A DNA stretch of 64,000 nt from Narcine bancroftii (lineage: Eukaryota), in assembly GCF_036971445.1 (NCBI RefSeq), contig NC_091480.1, positions 30,814,001 to 30,878,000 of the forward strand, read 5' to 3'. A program made the position numbers and the translations under genes. How positions within the stretch are numbered: position 1 is the first letter of the stretch; every line of letters starts with the position of its first letter. Shown piece by piece: positions 51,937-64,000 of this stretch. The notes below the pieces were generated by a model. That model was not told where the DNA came from. It worked only from the letters and a program-made list of their open reading frames with translations, and did not search any database.

Positions 51937-52051
51937 CACTGGAAATAAAGAGCGCACACAGGCAAATGACAACCAAACATGTCTACTACCTTCATTGGCA
52001 AATCTAGCCCACTGGTTGATTTATGAAGACAAACTCCCAAATCACCAGATC
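51937..52051 (-). CDS. ALG1: ALG1 exon 11
   Basis: [33 protein letters not shown], the ALG1 signature; 115 nt. Confidence 0.97.
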
Positions 52052-52471
52052 CTGTAAAATAATTACAATAAAAATGTTATGGAGAAAAAATGCATTTAAA
52101 ATAGTTAAATATTGCATCATGGAACTCTACTTCAGTATAAAATATTCCAGCATGAAAATATTTTCCCTAACTAGTTCAGGAATGTAAAACACTGAATGAA
52201 TACAATGAATCAAACAATAGGATTCTGTGACTTAAACAAGTTATTAATATATTTATGGAGACAAAGTTTCCATCTTCAAACACCAATATTTCCACTAAAT
52301 ATTGAAATTCTATTTTTGTTCAGATTTATAGCTCCCTTAAATATGACAAGATACTGATAAAATATAACATGTTGGAAGATCCATCATGCTATCTGTCCCC
52401 AATCATGTTTCATAGCAAAATTAAACAATTATTAAAATTCTTCTTAATATGTGTATTAAAAGCAATTTTAC

Positions 52472-52582
52472 CCAGCAACACAGGATAATCCTCTGCTTCT
52501 AGCCATGGAGTGCAAATATGAACATATTTAAAATTGATTTTCTCAATTTGATGGTTATAAAATTTCTTTAGTGGACCTTTTC
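52472..52582 (-). CDS. ALG1: ALG1 exon 10
   Basis: GKGPLKKFY...ICTPWLEAEDYPVLL; 111 nt. Confidence 0.96.
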
Positions 52583-52772
52583 CTGAAAAACAAAATAAAT
52601 TTAAATGAGTCTGATGGAGGTAGGAAAAGTTAAGTGGCTGGGCAGTGGAGAAGGAAAGAGGAAGAGAGAAGGGAAAGGAAAGAAAGAAAGAAGATGGGAA
52701 TTAGGGGCAGGGAAGAAAATACAAGGTTTCTGGGAGGAATGATAAAAAAGGGATGTGGTTTAAAAGAAATAC

Positions 52773-52832
52773 CTGTAATAACACAAACAAGAGATGGCAA
52801 TTTTATACCACTGGTTATAAACCCTTCATATT
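52773..52832 (-). CDS. ALG1: ALG1 exon 9
   Basis: YEGFITSGIKLPSLVCVIT; 60 nt. Confidence 0.94.
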
Positions 52833-53040
52833 CTGTGAAAAGAAAATGGAGAAAAAAATGTTTAAATTAGAAAACTGCAAAAATGAATAATTCTTTCATC
52901 ATCTTAAAAGTGAAATAAATTTAATTTTACACTTGTAGAGATTCTTTTTTTAACTTCAAGTACTTTTGTTACCAAAGACTCCAATTCCACCACAAAGCAA
53001 CCTATTGTTTCTTTATGACTCCTCTAATTAATTTGCCCAA

Positions 53041-56000
53041 TGTAGCATGTTGTGAGTGAGTGCAGCAAAGAGACTGAGACAACAGACTATGAGCTTGGGT
53101 ATACAACTGACTTTATTGGAATCTCGTGCTGCAGTCTTTAAACCTTGTCTCGTTCAGCCCCCGATGTCCTGACGATGCATGTGTGTACGGGGCCTTCTGG
53201 CATGAATCGGAAGAGATGGTCCCGCGACGTCATCCTTCCCATGGCTGCCCCACTGACCGCGCATGACAAGTGGGACTAGTTCGCCGCTACAAGATTGCGC
53301 CGGAAGGAGTCATGTGATGGAGTAGTGGCCAGTAGGAGAATACCAGCCCTCTCCAGAAAAGAAAAAAAATGAAGAAAAAGCAAAGCCCCAGACACACAAA
53401 TCACAAATAAAAAATAAAGGTATGGAGAAAAGGGCACCTAAGAAAGAAAAACCAAAAACAATGGGAAAAAAAGAAGGAAAGACGCCAGAAGAGAAAGGTG
53501 AAGGCCTTACCTGCACGAAAAAGCAGGGACCTGCCGTGGAAAGAGGAGCCCGCTTCCCGAGGTTAGTGGAGACCCCGCAGGGTCGCGACCCACCGACCGC
53601 GGGACTGCAAAAATGGCTCACTGAGCCAAACAGAGGTGCGCAATTGCGCATGACAAGGAGAACACCGACGGGAGTGGGGACCAGCTGTGGAGTGAAACTC
53701 CACAGCACGAACAGCTGAGAGATGCCCGATAGCAGGGCTCCCAGCTGGAAGATAAAGAAAGCAATGGGAAAGGGAGGGGAGAGAAAGAAAAAAGGAAGCA
53801 AGACACACAACAGATAACCAGCTCAAAAGAAGAGGACCAACATCAAGAAACCATGGAAAAAAAAACCCAACAAACAGACAACCTGCTCAACAAGAAAGTC
53901 AGAAGAGACACAGATACAAGAAGGAGAAATAGAAGACACAAACCCAAGAGCAGACACAGAAGAAGAAGACCAAGCTCTGCACAGAGGAATAGGAGGTAAA
54001 ATGAATGGAGAGTACATAGATAAAAAATTTTTTCAAGTACAAATGAAAGCATTAAAAGAATGGTTGACACTAGAATTTAGTGAAAAGAAAAATGAAAAGT
54101 ACAGAAGAAAAAGTGAGTAGAATAGAGCTGGTCATAACAGATGTAGGGAAAGGATTAGAAAATGGAAGAACGTGTAATGGCAGTAGAAATGGAAATGAAC
54201 GACTTAAAAAGAAAATTGGAAGAAAGTGACAAAAACGTTAAAGAAACACAGGAGTTGTTACCTCAGAAGATGGATATAATGGAAAACTATAGTAGGCGAA
54301 ACAATATAAAGATAGTGGGCCTTAAGGAAGATGAAGAAGACAAAGATATGAAAGAATTTATAAAAGAATGGATCCAAAAAGTCCTGGGAATGCCAGAAAT
54401 GCAGGAAGGAATGGAAATAGAAAGGGCACACAGAACATTAGCCCCGAAACCACAGTCACAACAAAAACCAAGAACCGTTTTAGTAAAATTTCTGAGATAC
54501 ACGACAAGGGAAAATATATTGGAGAAGGCAATGAATAAAATTAGAGAAGACAAAAAACCACTGGAATACAAAGGTCAAAATTTTTTTTTCTACCCAGACA
54601 TAAGTTTTGAGCTCCTAAAGAAGAGGAAGGAGTTTAACGCAGCAAAATCGATCCTATGGAAAAAAGGCTATTTATGTTAAGATATCCAGTGGAGCTTAAA
54701 ATAGTTATCCCGGGGCAGCAAAACAGACTGATCTCGGATCCGGAGAAAGCACGAGAATTTGCAGAACGCCTGCAAGACAGAGAGATGAAAACATGTAACA
54801 AGAACAAAGAACGATGACAAATTACGTATAAAGATGTAAAAATAATGTATAAGTAAGAACTAAAGGAGGGAAGAAAAGGGAAGTAAGGGAGAAGGGGTGA
54901 AAAATAAAGAGGGGTTAAAAAAATAAAATAAAAAGAAAGAAGAAAAGAAGGAGAGTTTGTTGTAATGTGAAGATAAAAATCTTTTCTGGAGGGGGTTGGG
55001 TGGGAGAGAATAATAGTCACTGCGAAATCAGTTGACACTTGCGAATGGGTTCGCAGTCCGAATGGAGGGGGGAGTTGTGGTTGCCCGGCAAGGGACAAGG
55101 GGCGACTCAAAGAGGGGGGGGGGGACACTTGGGGTTAAGGGAATTTTAGATGTGGGAATGGTTGAGATATTTTATGTTTTTAGAAGTGTTGTCATACAGT
55201 GCGTTCAAAAAAAGAAAACTGAGAAATGAAAATGGGGAAAAGGGGAAAGGTGGTGGTGAGGAAGCGGAAATGAGATGTAAATAGAGTATGAGATGGCCCT
55301 GTTGAACTATATGACTATAAATATTAACGGAATACATAACCAAATCAAAAGGAAGAGCCTATTAAATTTATTGAAAAAAGAAAAAAATAGACATACCATT
55401 CATGCAGGAAACGCATCTAACTCAAGTGAAATTAAGGAGAGACTGGGTAGGGCACGTAACGGCAGCATCATATAACACTGGAAAGATTTACCACTAACAC
55501 TGATAGGAAGGGTAAATTGCATTAAATGAATATCTTCCCACCAAGGATACAGTACCTATTTCAATCATTACCAATTCCCTTAACAGAGAAATTCTTCAAT
55601 GAGTTAAAGAAAATAATACGGAAATTCTTATGGAAAGGGGTGAAACCAAGGATAGCGCTAGATAAATTAACAGAATGGTACAAACAAGGTGGTTTGCAGC
55701 TACCAAACTTTAAGAATTATTATAGAGTAGCACAATTAAGATATCTATCAGATTTTTATCAAACAAGGGAAAAACCAAATTGGACCAGGAGAGAGTTATA
55801 TAAAATAGGAGAGAAGGTACCAGAACATATACTTTATAAGTGGGATGAAAAACTGGTGCAACATAGAAGTTCACCAGTACTGCACCATCTGCTCAACATT
55901 TGGAAGAAGATTCACATAGAAAGTAAAAAAAAAACAAATTACCAACTACCAAAATTATTATTGACACAAAATCAACTAATCCCTTTCACAATAGATAACC

Positions 56001-57194
56001 TTTCTTTTAGAGAATGGGAGAGAAAAGGGATTAAAAGAATAGAAAATTGTTTTTTGGGAAATAATTTATTATCATTTCAACAAATGAAGTACAAATATGG
56101 AATAATTCACGGTACAATGTTTGCATACCACCAACTGAAAACCTACTTATAGGACAAATTTGGAAGCAGACTGAGATTACCAGAAGGAAGGAGCTTTGAA
56201 TATGTGATTACAGACACAATGATAATTAAATGATTTATAACAAACATTTACATCAAGCTGGAAGAGAAAGAAAATGATGAAATAAGGTATAAACCCAAAC
56301 AAAAGTGGGAACAAGATTTAAACATAAAGATAAAAAATGAAATATGGGAAAAGCTATGGTCTGGAACTATAAGAAATACAATAAACACGAGGTTATGCAT
56401 GATACAATATAATTGGTTACACAGGCTATATATCACGCCCCAAAAGTTAAATAAATGGGACCCAACAGTATCAGATAGATGTTTTCGCTGTAAGAAGGAA
56501 ACGGGAACAACAGTACATGCAATTTGGGCATATGAGAAAGTGCAAAAGTTTTGGGAAGATCTAAATCAGGAATTAAATAAAATCACAAAAGCAACATACC
56601 AAAAAAATCCAGAGATCTTTCTTCTAAGTAATATAAGTAGTAAAGAATTAGGCCTCAAACTCGATGAAGCGCAAAAAAGATTTATTACGATAGCCTTAGC
56701 TGTAGCAAAAAAATGTATAATGTCAACTTGGAAATTGGAAGAGAGTCTGAGAATACAGCAATGGTACATGGAAATGAATAAATGTATTCCATTGGAAAAA
56801 ATAACATATAATTTGAAAAATAAAGTCACATTATTTGAACAAATTTGGGAACCGTACATGGAACACAACAGAGAGGGCCTGCCTTCGGACCTCCACCCCC
56901 TAAAATGATAGAATGAGAAGAAGACGAAATGAACTGACCCAGTGTGTAACAGTAGATGACACATTTTTCTTGTTTATTTTCATTATGTGATGACATTGTT
57001 TAATGGGTTTATTGTATATGTTGAACGTTTAATGGGTTTGGAAGGGGGTGAGAAGGAAGGAGAGAAGGGAGGGGGGAAAAGGGGAGAAAATTACACTGTA
57101 TATTCAAGAGGGAAATGTTTGTGTGTATTTTGATTAATATGGTTCATAGTGTGAAAAATTAAAAAAATTTAAAAAAAGATTGTGCGCCGCCACA
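53041..57194 (-). mobile_element. Solo LTR (family of 2586-2850) interrupted by an L1
   Basis: 53041-53080 is the reverse complement of 2811-2850; the LTR's other terminus GCCGCCACA appears after the L1 poly(A). Confidence 0.8.
53301..57175 (+). mobile_element. L1-clade LINE with 5' UTR, ORF1, internally deleted ORF2 and A-rich tail
   Basis: ORF1 ENYSRRNNIKIVGL, IERAHR and FYPDIS. ORF2 start MTININGI jumps at ~55477 to WKDLPLTLIGRVNCIKMNIFP; GGLQLPN; CFRC..H knuckle. TSD AAGATTG(C/T)GC. Confidence 0.92.
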
Positions 57195-57679
57195 CCATCA
57201 TCTTCAATTTGTATTCACTGGTTATTGATGCCATTGAAAGCACATCTTCAGCTTGTTAGCTATCAAATCAGTTTGCAAATATGAACACCTGAATCAAGTC
57301 TTATTCATTTTTGGCCTGTGGAGAACAAGTTTTGCCAATATCAGTATAAAATTCATTTTCTAATCCTCACGTAGTTTTCTGCACCCTCTTCATATTTTAT
57401 TGACTATAATATTTATCTAAGACCCAACCAACATTTTAGAAGCCCCATTTTTCCCTATATAGGCATTTACTGCTTCAGCAGACATTAGCTCATTATTCAC
57501 ATGTATATGAAGCACCTGCCTAAAATTCTTGTTTATTCATGTGGACGTATGATGCCACATATCAACTAACAAATGATATAGCTCAAGGTTCATTTATCTT
57601 GCATCATCCCCACGTCCAATAGAATTCCTACTCTTTAATGTAGCTGGTAAGGTACTTTCAGCTGCAGCACTTGCAGTCA

Positions 57680-58181
57680 CCAATATCAAAGTACTCGAGT
57701 TGGCAGAGTCCTCAAGCATCGAGTCCACGCTGCTGAAGATCCAGCTGCGCTGGGTGGGTCACGTCTCCAGAATGGAGGACCATCGCCTTCCCAAGATCAT
57801 GTTATATGGCGAGCTCTCCACTGGCCACCGTGACAGAGGTGCACCAAAGAAGAGGTACAAGGACTGCCTAAAGAAATCTCTTGGTGCCTGCCACATTGAC
57901 CACCGCCAGTGGGCTGATATCGCCTCAAACCGTGCATCTTGGCGCCTCACAGTTTGGCGGGCAGCAACCTCCTTTGAAGAAGACCGCAGAGCCCACCTCA
58001 CTGACAAAAGACAAAGGAGGAAAAACCCAACACCCAACCCACCAATTTCCCCTTGCAACCGCTGCAACTGTGCCTGCCTGTCCCGCATCGGACTTGTCAG
58101 TCACCAACGAGCCTGCAGCAGACGTGGACGTACCCCCCCATAAATCTTCATCCGCGAAGCCAAGCCAAAGAAGAAAGAAAA
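57680..58181 (+). mobile_element. 5'-truncated RTE LINE, same family as 40588-41686
   Basis: Near-identical 3' end; 11-bp TSD ACTTGCAGTCA (57669-57679 and 58182-58192). Confidence 0.93.
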
Positions 58182-58662
58182 ACTTGCAGTCAAGCCAATT
58201 AGAGACTTGTTATTAGACCATACTGATCTCCATCTTGTTTGATATAATAACTTCATGTCTTTTCCTCCCCATTGAATTTGGTTTACCAGATCATTATTTT
58301 TCCCATCACCTAGAATCAATATCCTTGCAATGGTAGGAAGATCTGGTTAAAATTAAATATTAACCTTTATGCACACAACCTGGACATGTACCACAATCAT
58401 CTCCTTTGTATTGTCCATACTGAGATTCCAGTTGTTCTCAAACCATCTTAGGAGTCTTTCAACCTCTTTGCAATATGACTCATTGTTCCTTTTGAGGCAA
58501 ATTTGATGATTTTGTTGCAACTGAATCTGGCAGAGCAGTAATATGTACAGTTCATTTCTATTATGTATAATTAACAAAGCCAAGTTATACACACAGAAGG
58601 CTATGTAAACAGTCATCTTACATAAGCACCATTGAATTTTGATAATTTAAGATTTCACAGTA

Positions 58663-58890
58663 CAGGTAGTCCTTGACTTATGACCTACGCGAGTTATGTC
58701 CACTGGCACATACAACCAAATTAAAAATAAACTTTATTAAAACTACTGTACACGTACATATTTTATATTAAAAGTACTGCGTACAGTGGTCCCCGCTTCC
58801 ATACGGCAGCCTGAGGTCCCGAGTTAGGACCAATTTGAATAATGACCAATCCGTTGGTCCCAATTATGGTTGTAAGTTGGGGACTACCTG
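58663..58890. mobile_element. Tigger-type MITE
   Basis: TIRs CAGGTAGTCC and GGACTACCTG with TA on both sides. Confidence 0.85.
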
Positions 58891-59547
58891 TATAGCCAGG
58901 TAGCTAATATTGAGCAAGTTCAAAAGATGTAAATGATATCTTCCCGATGGGTTCCAGCAGAAAAGCAGGATGCTTAACAGTTCAAACCGGAGCAGCATAA
59001 CTGGAGTCATTCGCAAGTCTTGGTTGTGGAAAACAGAGACATGAAAATGGCGCCCTGGTGTCAACACTTCCCATCTCTCCAAGGTAACTGTCCTCCTCCA
59101 GTCTGGTCTCCCTCATGTCCTTCATCTTTGTCAGTTGGGCTGTGGCTGTTAAGACTTGAAGCTCTTGAATACCCTGCCTTATTCTCTCTGCTTCCCTCTT
59201 TGCTTCTTCCTCTATGCTCTTCATAAAATCTCTCACTTTGACTCAACTTTGGTTATCATTCTACGTGACACTCTAACTCCAAGGACTGCTGCAATTTAAA
59301 ACAACAGATTATCACCATATCTTCAAGGGAAAGATACTGATTGGACTTTAAATTCTGATTCTGTTGGCCTGTTTTTGTCCCATGAGAAAATGGAAAAGTT
59401 GGGCATACAGTAGAAACAAAGTAAAAAGCGATTAAACTGTTACGTTGCTGCAGATATCCACTTCATACTTTCATGTTTTGGAATGCTTTAAAATAATGAT
59501 ACTAATGTCATATATTTAAATGGAAACAAAAATTTGAAGAAACCTAC

Positions 59548-59586
59548 CTTCTAAAGCTTTGAGCAGAATAGAGAAATCTTCATCCT
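59548..59586 (-). CDS. ALG1: ALG1 exon 8
   Basis: EDEDFSILLKALE; 39 nt; tttcag and gtaggt boundaries. Confidence 0.93.
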
Positions 59587-60169
59587 CTGAAAATAAAAGA
59601 AAATCCATCATGGTGAAGCCAAAGAACTTTTTATTCTTAGGCTACATAAGAATATATTTTGTTAAAATGCTTAAACCTTAATGATGCAAACAGATCTGAC
59701 AATTTTGACATTAGGTTTTGACATTAGCACCAAAAAACGCAGCCGATGTGACTTACAGGACAAATTCACTTGTTTGGAAATAAACTTTGTTTCCTCAACA
59801 TTTCAGGCTGGTATATGTGAGAGACATGAGCCACATGGCCACAAAAATGATCCAAGATGTACAATACACTATCACCAATATGGAATTATAGTAAAATCCC
59901 TGGTATTTGGCACTTATGCCTATGTATTGGTAGATGCTGGATAAGTTAATTTTCTGGTTGCTTGAGATTGCATGTTGCGTGATTGGCGAGGTATGCCAAT
60001 TTAAAATCTGTATTTTTTAACTTATTTATTTTCTGCATTTTATTTTGCCAGTTGCTCGAGGCTACCAGTTGCTTGAATTCTGGATAACGGGTTTTTACTG
60101 TAATATGTTTGGATATTGCAAAGAGAAAATTCCTAGAGTTCTCATTGTTTTTAAAATTAAAATTGAAAA

Positions 60170-61950
60170 TAGAACATTATAGCAGAGAAAAAGGCCCTTT
60201 GGTCCTTCTAGTCTGTGCTGAACTATCTTTCTGTCTAGTCCCACTGACCTGCAGACTGTCCATAGCCCTCCATACCTCTCCCATCCTTGGATGTGTCCAG
60301 ATTCTTCTTAAATGTTAAAATTGATCCCGCATTCAACAACTTCAGCTGGCAGCTCATTCCGCTCTCCCACCACTCTCTATGTGAAGAAGTTCCCCTAATA
60401 TTTTCCCTAAATTTTTTCCCTTTCATCCTTAACCCATGTCCTCTGGTTTGTATCTCATACGTAGGAAAAAACCTACCTATATTTACTGTTTATCCACCTC
60501 ATAATTTTAAACACCTCTATCAAATCTTCCATCAACAACTCCACTATTTTGATTTATGAAGGCCAATATCCCCAAAAGCATGTTTGACAACTCTTTCATG
60601 TATCTTTATTCTCAGATCCCTCTGTTCTACCACACTCCTCAGTGCCCTACCATTTACTGTGTATGTCCTTTCTTGGGTTGTCCCACCAAAATGCCAGACC
60701 TCACATTCGCCTGCATCCTATCTGCCATTTTTCAGTCCATTTTTCCAGCTGGTCCAGATCCCTCTGCAAGGTTTGATAGCCTTCCTCACTGTCACAATTC
60801 CTCAAATCTTTGTGTCATCTACAAACTTGCTGATCCAGTTTACTCTTTTACAATGTACAAATATTTCAAATTATCCCTGACGTTTCCCCTAAACTTTCCT
60901 CCCCTCACCTTATACAGATATCCTCTGGTATCTGCTACTGTCACTCTGAGAAAATGGTGCTAGCTAATAATCTTGTAGATCTCTATTAAGTCACTTCTCA
61001 CCCTTTTTCGCTCTGGAGATAGAAGTCTTTGCTCCGTTAACCTTGCCTCATAAAACACGTTCTCCAATCCTGGCAAATCTTGTCTGCACCCTCTCAAAGC
61101 TTCCATATCCTTCTTGTAATGAGGCAAACCAGAAGTTAACACAATATTCCAAGTGTGGTCCAACCAGAGTTTTATAGGGCTCCAGCATTACCTTACAACT
61201 CTTTAATTCAAACCCCCAACTAATGAAGACTAGCATGCCATAAGCCTTCTTGACTATCCCATCAATTTCCACATCAACCTTGAGAGATCTATGGATTTGG
61301 ATCAAAGTCCCTTTGTTCTTCTACACTGTTAAGAATCCTGGCATTAACCATGTACTCTGCCTTCATGTTTGACCTTCCAAAATGCATCACTTCACACATC
61401 CAGATTGAACTCCATCTGCTCCTTTTCCACCCAAATTTGCTTCCTGTCCATATCCTGTGTAACCTACAACAACCTTCCACACAATCCACATAATGCAACA
61501 GCATAGAAAACTGGAGATTCAGCCCTTCTAGTTTGTGCTGACAAACTAGAAGTCCCATTAACCTGCTCGCATTCCATAACCCTCCAGATCTCTCCTAGCC
61601 ATGTATCTATCCAATCTATTCTTAAAGCTCAAGGTCGAGCCCGCATTTACCACATCAGACGACAGCCCATTCCACACTCCCACCACTCTCCAAGTGAAGA
61701 ACATTCCCCTTGTTCCCCCTAAACCTTCCCCCTTTCAGCTTAAAACTATGATCTCTCATATTTATCTCCCCCAATCGGTGGAAAAAGCCTACTTGCATCC
61801 ACTCTGTCTATAACTCTCATAATCCTGTAAACCTCTCCCCTCATTCTTCACTCCAAAGAATAAAATCCTAATCTGTTTAATCTTTCTCTGTAACTCAACT
61901 CACGAAGACCCGGCAACATTCTAGTAAATCTTCTCTGCACTCTTTCAAAC
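60170..61950 (-). mobile_element. Stack of CR1 LINE 3' fragments
   Basis: Several minus-strand CR1 C-termini (YKTLVGPHLEYCV, RVQRRFTRMLPGL, LNRLGFYSLE) with CR1-type 3' UTRs. Confidence 0.85.
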
Positions 61951-61978
61951 CTGTGATTTGTTTTTAAATCAACCTTAC

Positions 61979-62097
61979 CTGTCCAGCTAGTACTGCTAAG
62001 CAGCAACGCAGGTCTTCCATGGACATATGTGACATCTCCAGTAATGCTTAGCTCAGTAAAGGCTGTCTGCTCCAAGTTAGAAGGCACAGATTCTGTC
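61979..62097 (-). CDS. ALG1: ALG1 exon 7
   Basis: EQTAFTE...RPALLLSSTSWT; 119 nt; gtaagg donor. Confidence 0.93.
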
Positions 62098-62349
62098 CTA
62101 ATTTCACACCAAAAAACGCACAATTTATCTGCAGTGTCAAACTAAAGATTTATATGAAATTGTAAAATTGTGGGTCATGCATTGTTAGCTAGATGCACTT
62201 TGCTCATCAATTTATTGTAAATTGGCAGCACAAACTGATTCATTGGTTTTGAAAATGAAAATTATAATACAAAAATATCAAATGCTCTTCAGCTTTGCAA
62301 TCAATTTAATAAACAAAATGTGTTATTTGGTGTATCATATAAAACATAC

Positions 62350-62460
62350 CTTGCTCTAAATGGGGCAAAATCATCGGCAAGCTTCTTAAACAACACATGT
62401 TGCAATTCTAAAGGGCTTTCTCTGAAAATGGGAGATGGGGAATCATATAGTGTGATGGCC
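62350..62460 (-). CDS. ALG1: ALG1 exon 6 (exons 1-5 lie beyond the window)
   Basis: AITLYDSPSPIFRESPLELQHVLFKKL...PFRAR; 111 nt. Confidence 0.93.
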
Positions 62461-62539
62461 CTGTTAAAAAGATGTATAAGTATTAAGCAGAAAAATATGA
62501 CATAAATTGTTTTTAATGAATGATTATAAAAGGATACCC

Positions 62540-64000
62540 TTTTTCAAACACCCTTTTTCAGCAGAGGGACAGCCTTAAGACCACCTGGATGCATCCCCGA
62601 TCCAAACACTGGCACCTCCTGGACTACATCCTGGTGCGAGAAAGTGACAAACAAGATGTGCTCCACACCAGGGTCATGCCTAGCGCGGAATGCCACACTG
62701 ACCACCGGCTGGTTCGCTGCAAGCTCAACCTTCACTTCAAGCCAAAGCCCAGGAACAATAAAGCCCCCAGAAAGAGGTTCAATGTTGGAAAACTACAGTC
62801 AGACGAAGCGAGAGGAAACTTCCAGGCAAACCTCAAAGCAAAGCTCGACGTTGCAACCCGCCTCACGGACCCGTCCCCTGAAACCCTCTGGGATCAGTTG
62901 AAGACTACCATACTGCAATCCACTGAAGAGGTACTGGGCTTCTCCTCCAGGAAAAACAAGGACTGGTTTGACGAAAACAGCCAGGAAATCCAGGAGCTGC
63001 TGGCAAAGAAGTGAGCTGCCCACCAGGCTCACCTTACAAAGCCGTCCTGTCCAGAGAAGAAACAAGCCTTCCGTCGCGCATGCAGCCATCTTCAGCGCAA
63101 ACTCCGGGAGATCCAAAATGAGTGGTGGACTAGCCTCGCCAAACGAACACAGCTCAGCGCGGACATTGGCGACTTCAGGGGTTTCTACGAGGCTCTAAAG
63201 GCTGTGTACGGCCCCTCACCCCAAGTCCAAAGCCCGCTGCGCAGCTCAGACGGCAAAGTCCTCCTCAGCGACAAGATCTCCATCCTCAACCGATGGTCAG
63301 AACACTTCCAATCTCTTTTCAGTACCAACCGCTCAGTCCAAGATTCCGCCCTGCTCCAGCTCCCTCAACAGCCCCTAAGGCTAGAGCTGGATGAGGTTCC
63401 CACCCTGGATGAGACATATAAGGCAATCGATCAACTGAAAAGTGGCAAAGCAGCAGGTATGGATGGAATCCCCCCAGAAGTCTGGAAGGCTGGCGGCAAA
63501 ACTCTGCATGCCAAACTGCATGAGTTTTTCAAGCTTTGTTGGGACCAAGGTAAACTGCCTCAGGATCTTCGTGATGCCACCATCATCACCCTGTACAAAA
63601 ACAAAGGCGAGAAATCAGACTGCTCAAACTACAGGGGAATCACGTTGCTCTCCATTGCAGGCAAAATCTTCGCTAGGATTCTACTAAATAGAATAATACC
63701 TAGTGTCGCCGAGAATACTCTCCCAGAATCACAGTGCGGCTTTCGCGCAAACAGAGGAACCACTGACATGGTCTTTGCCCTCAGACAGCTCCAAGAAAAG
63801 TGCAGAGAACAAAACAAAGGACTCTACATCACCTTTGTTGACCTCACCAAAGCCTTCGACACCGTGAGCAGGAAAGGGCTTTGGCAAATACTAGAGCGCA
63901 TCGGATGTCCCCCAAAGTTCCTCAACATGATTATCCAACTGCACGAAAACCAACAAGGTCGGGTCAGATACAGCAATGAGCTCTCTGAACCCTTCTCCAT
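62540..64000 (+). mobile_element. Young RTE LINE (end of endonuclease and start of RT), running off the window
   Basis: TWMHPRSKHWHLLDY, CHTDH, NYRGITLLS, ESQCGFR and FVDLTKAFDTV; one visible stop (TGA at 63012, consistent with CGA deamination); CpG-rich. Confidence 0.94.

Overview
This is vertebrate intron-containing DNA. The repeat content (CR1, Rex/Babar, RTE, L1, Penelope fragments, tRNA-derived SINEs, short Gypsy LTRs) points to a cartilaginous fish, probably a ray; that assignment is an inference. Four host genes can be read by hand with GT-AG junctions and consistent phases: GID4 first coding exon (- strand, 1728-1883, with a CpG-island promoter), a complete 6-exon ENPP7-like alkaline sphingomyelinase (+, 14561-27894, 485 aa), a complete 8-exon EEF2KMT/FAM86A (+, 33699-47513, 358 aa), and the last 8 coding exons of ALG1 (-, 47908-62460), convergent with EEF2KMT. 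Most of the remainder is nested, decayed transposable elements, many with readable target-site duplications. I see no prokaryote-type system (CRISPR, defence island) and no clearly novel gene. The most notable points are: an intact ENPP7-like gene beside EEF2KMT-ALG1, where humans carry ENPP7 pseudogenes; a 104-bp chimeric inverted repeat bracketing ENPP7 exons 3-4; a probable ALG1/EEF2KMT 3' overlap; young RTE LINEs; an L1 with both ends but no RT; and many tiny solo LTRs. Coordinates were counted manually and TE boundaries are approximate unless a TSD is given.
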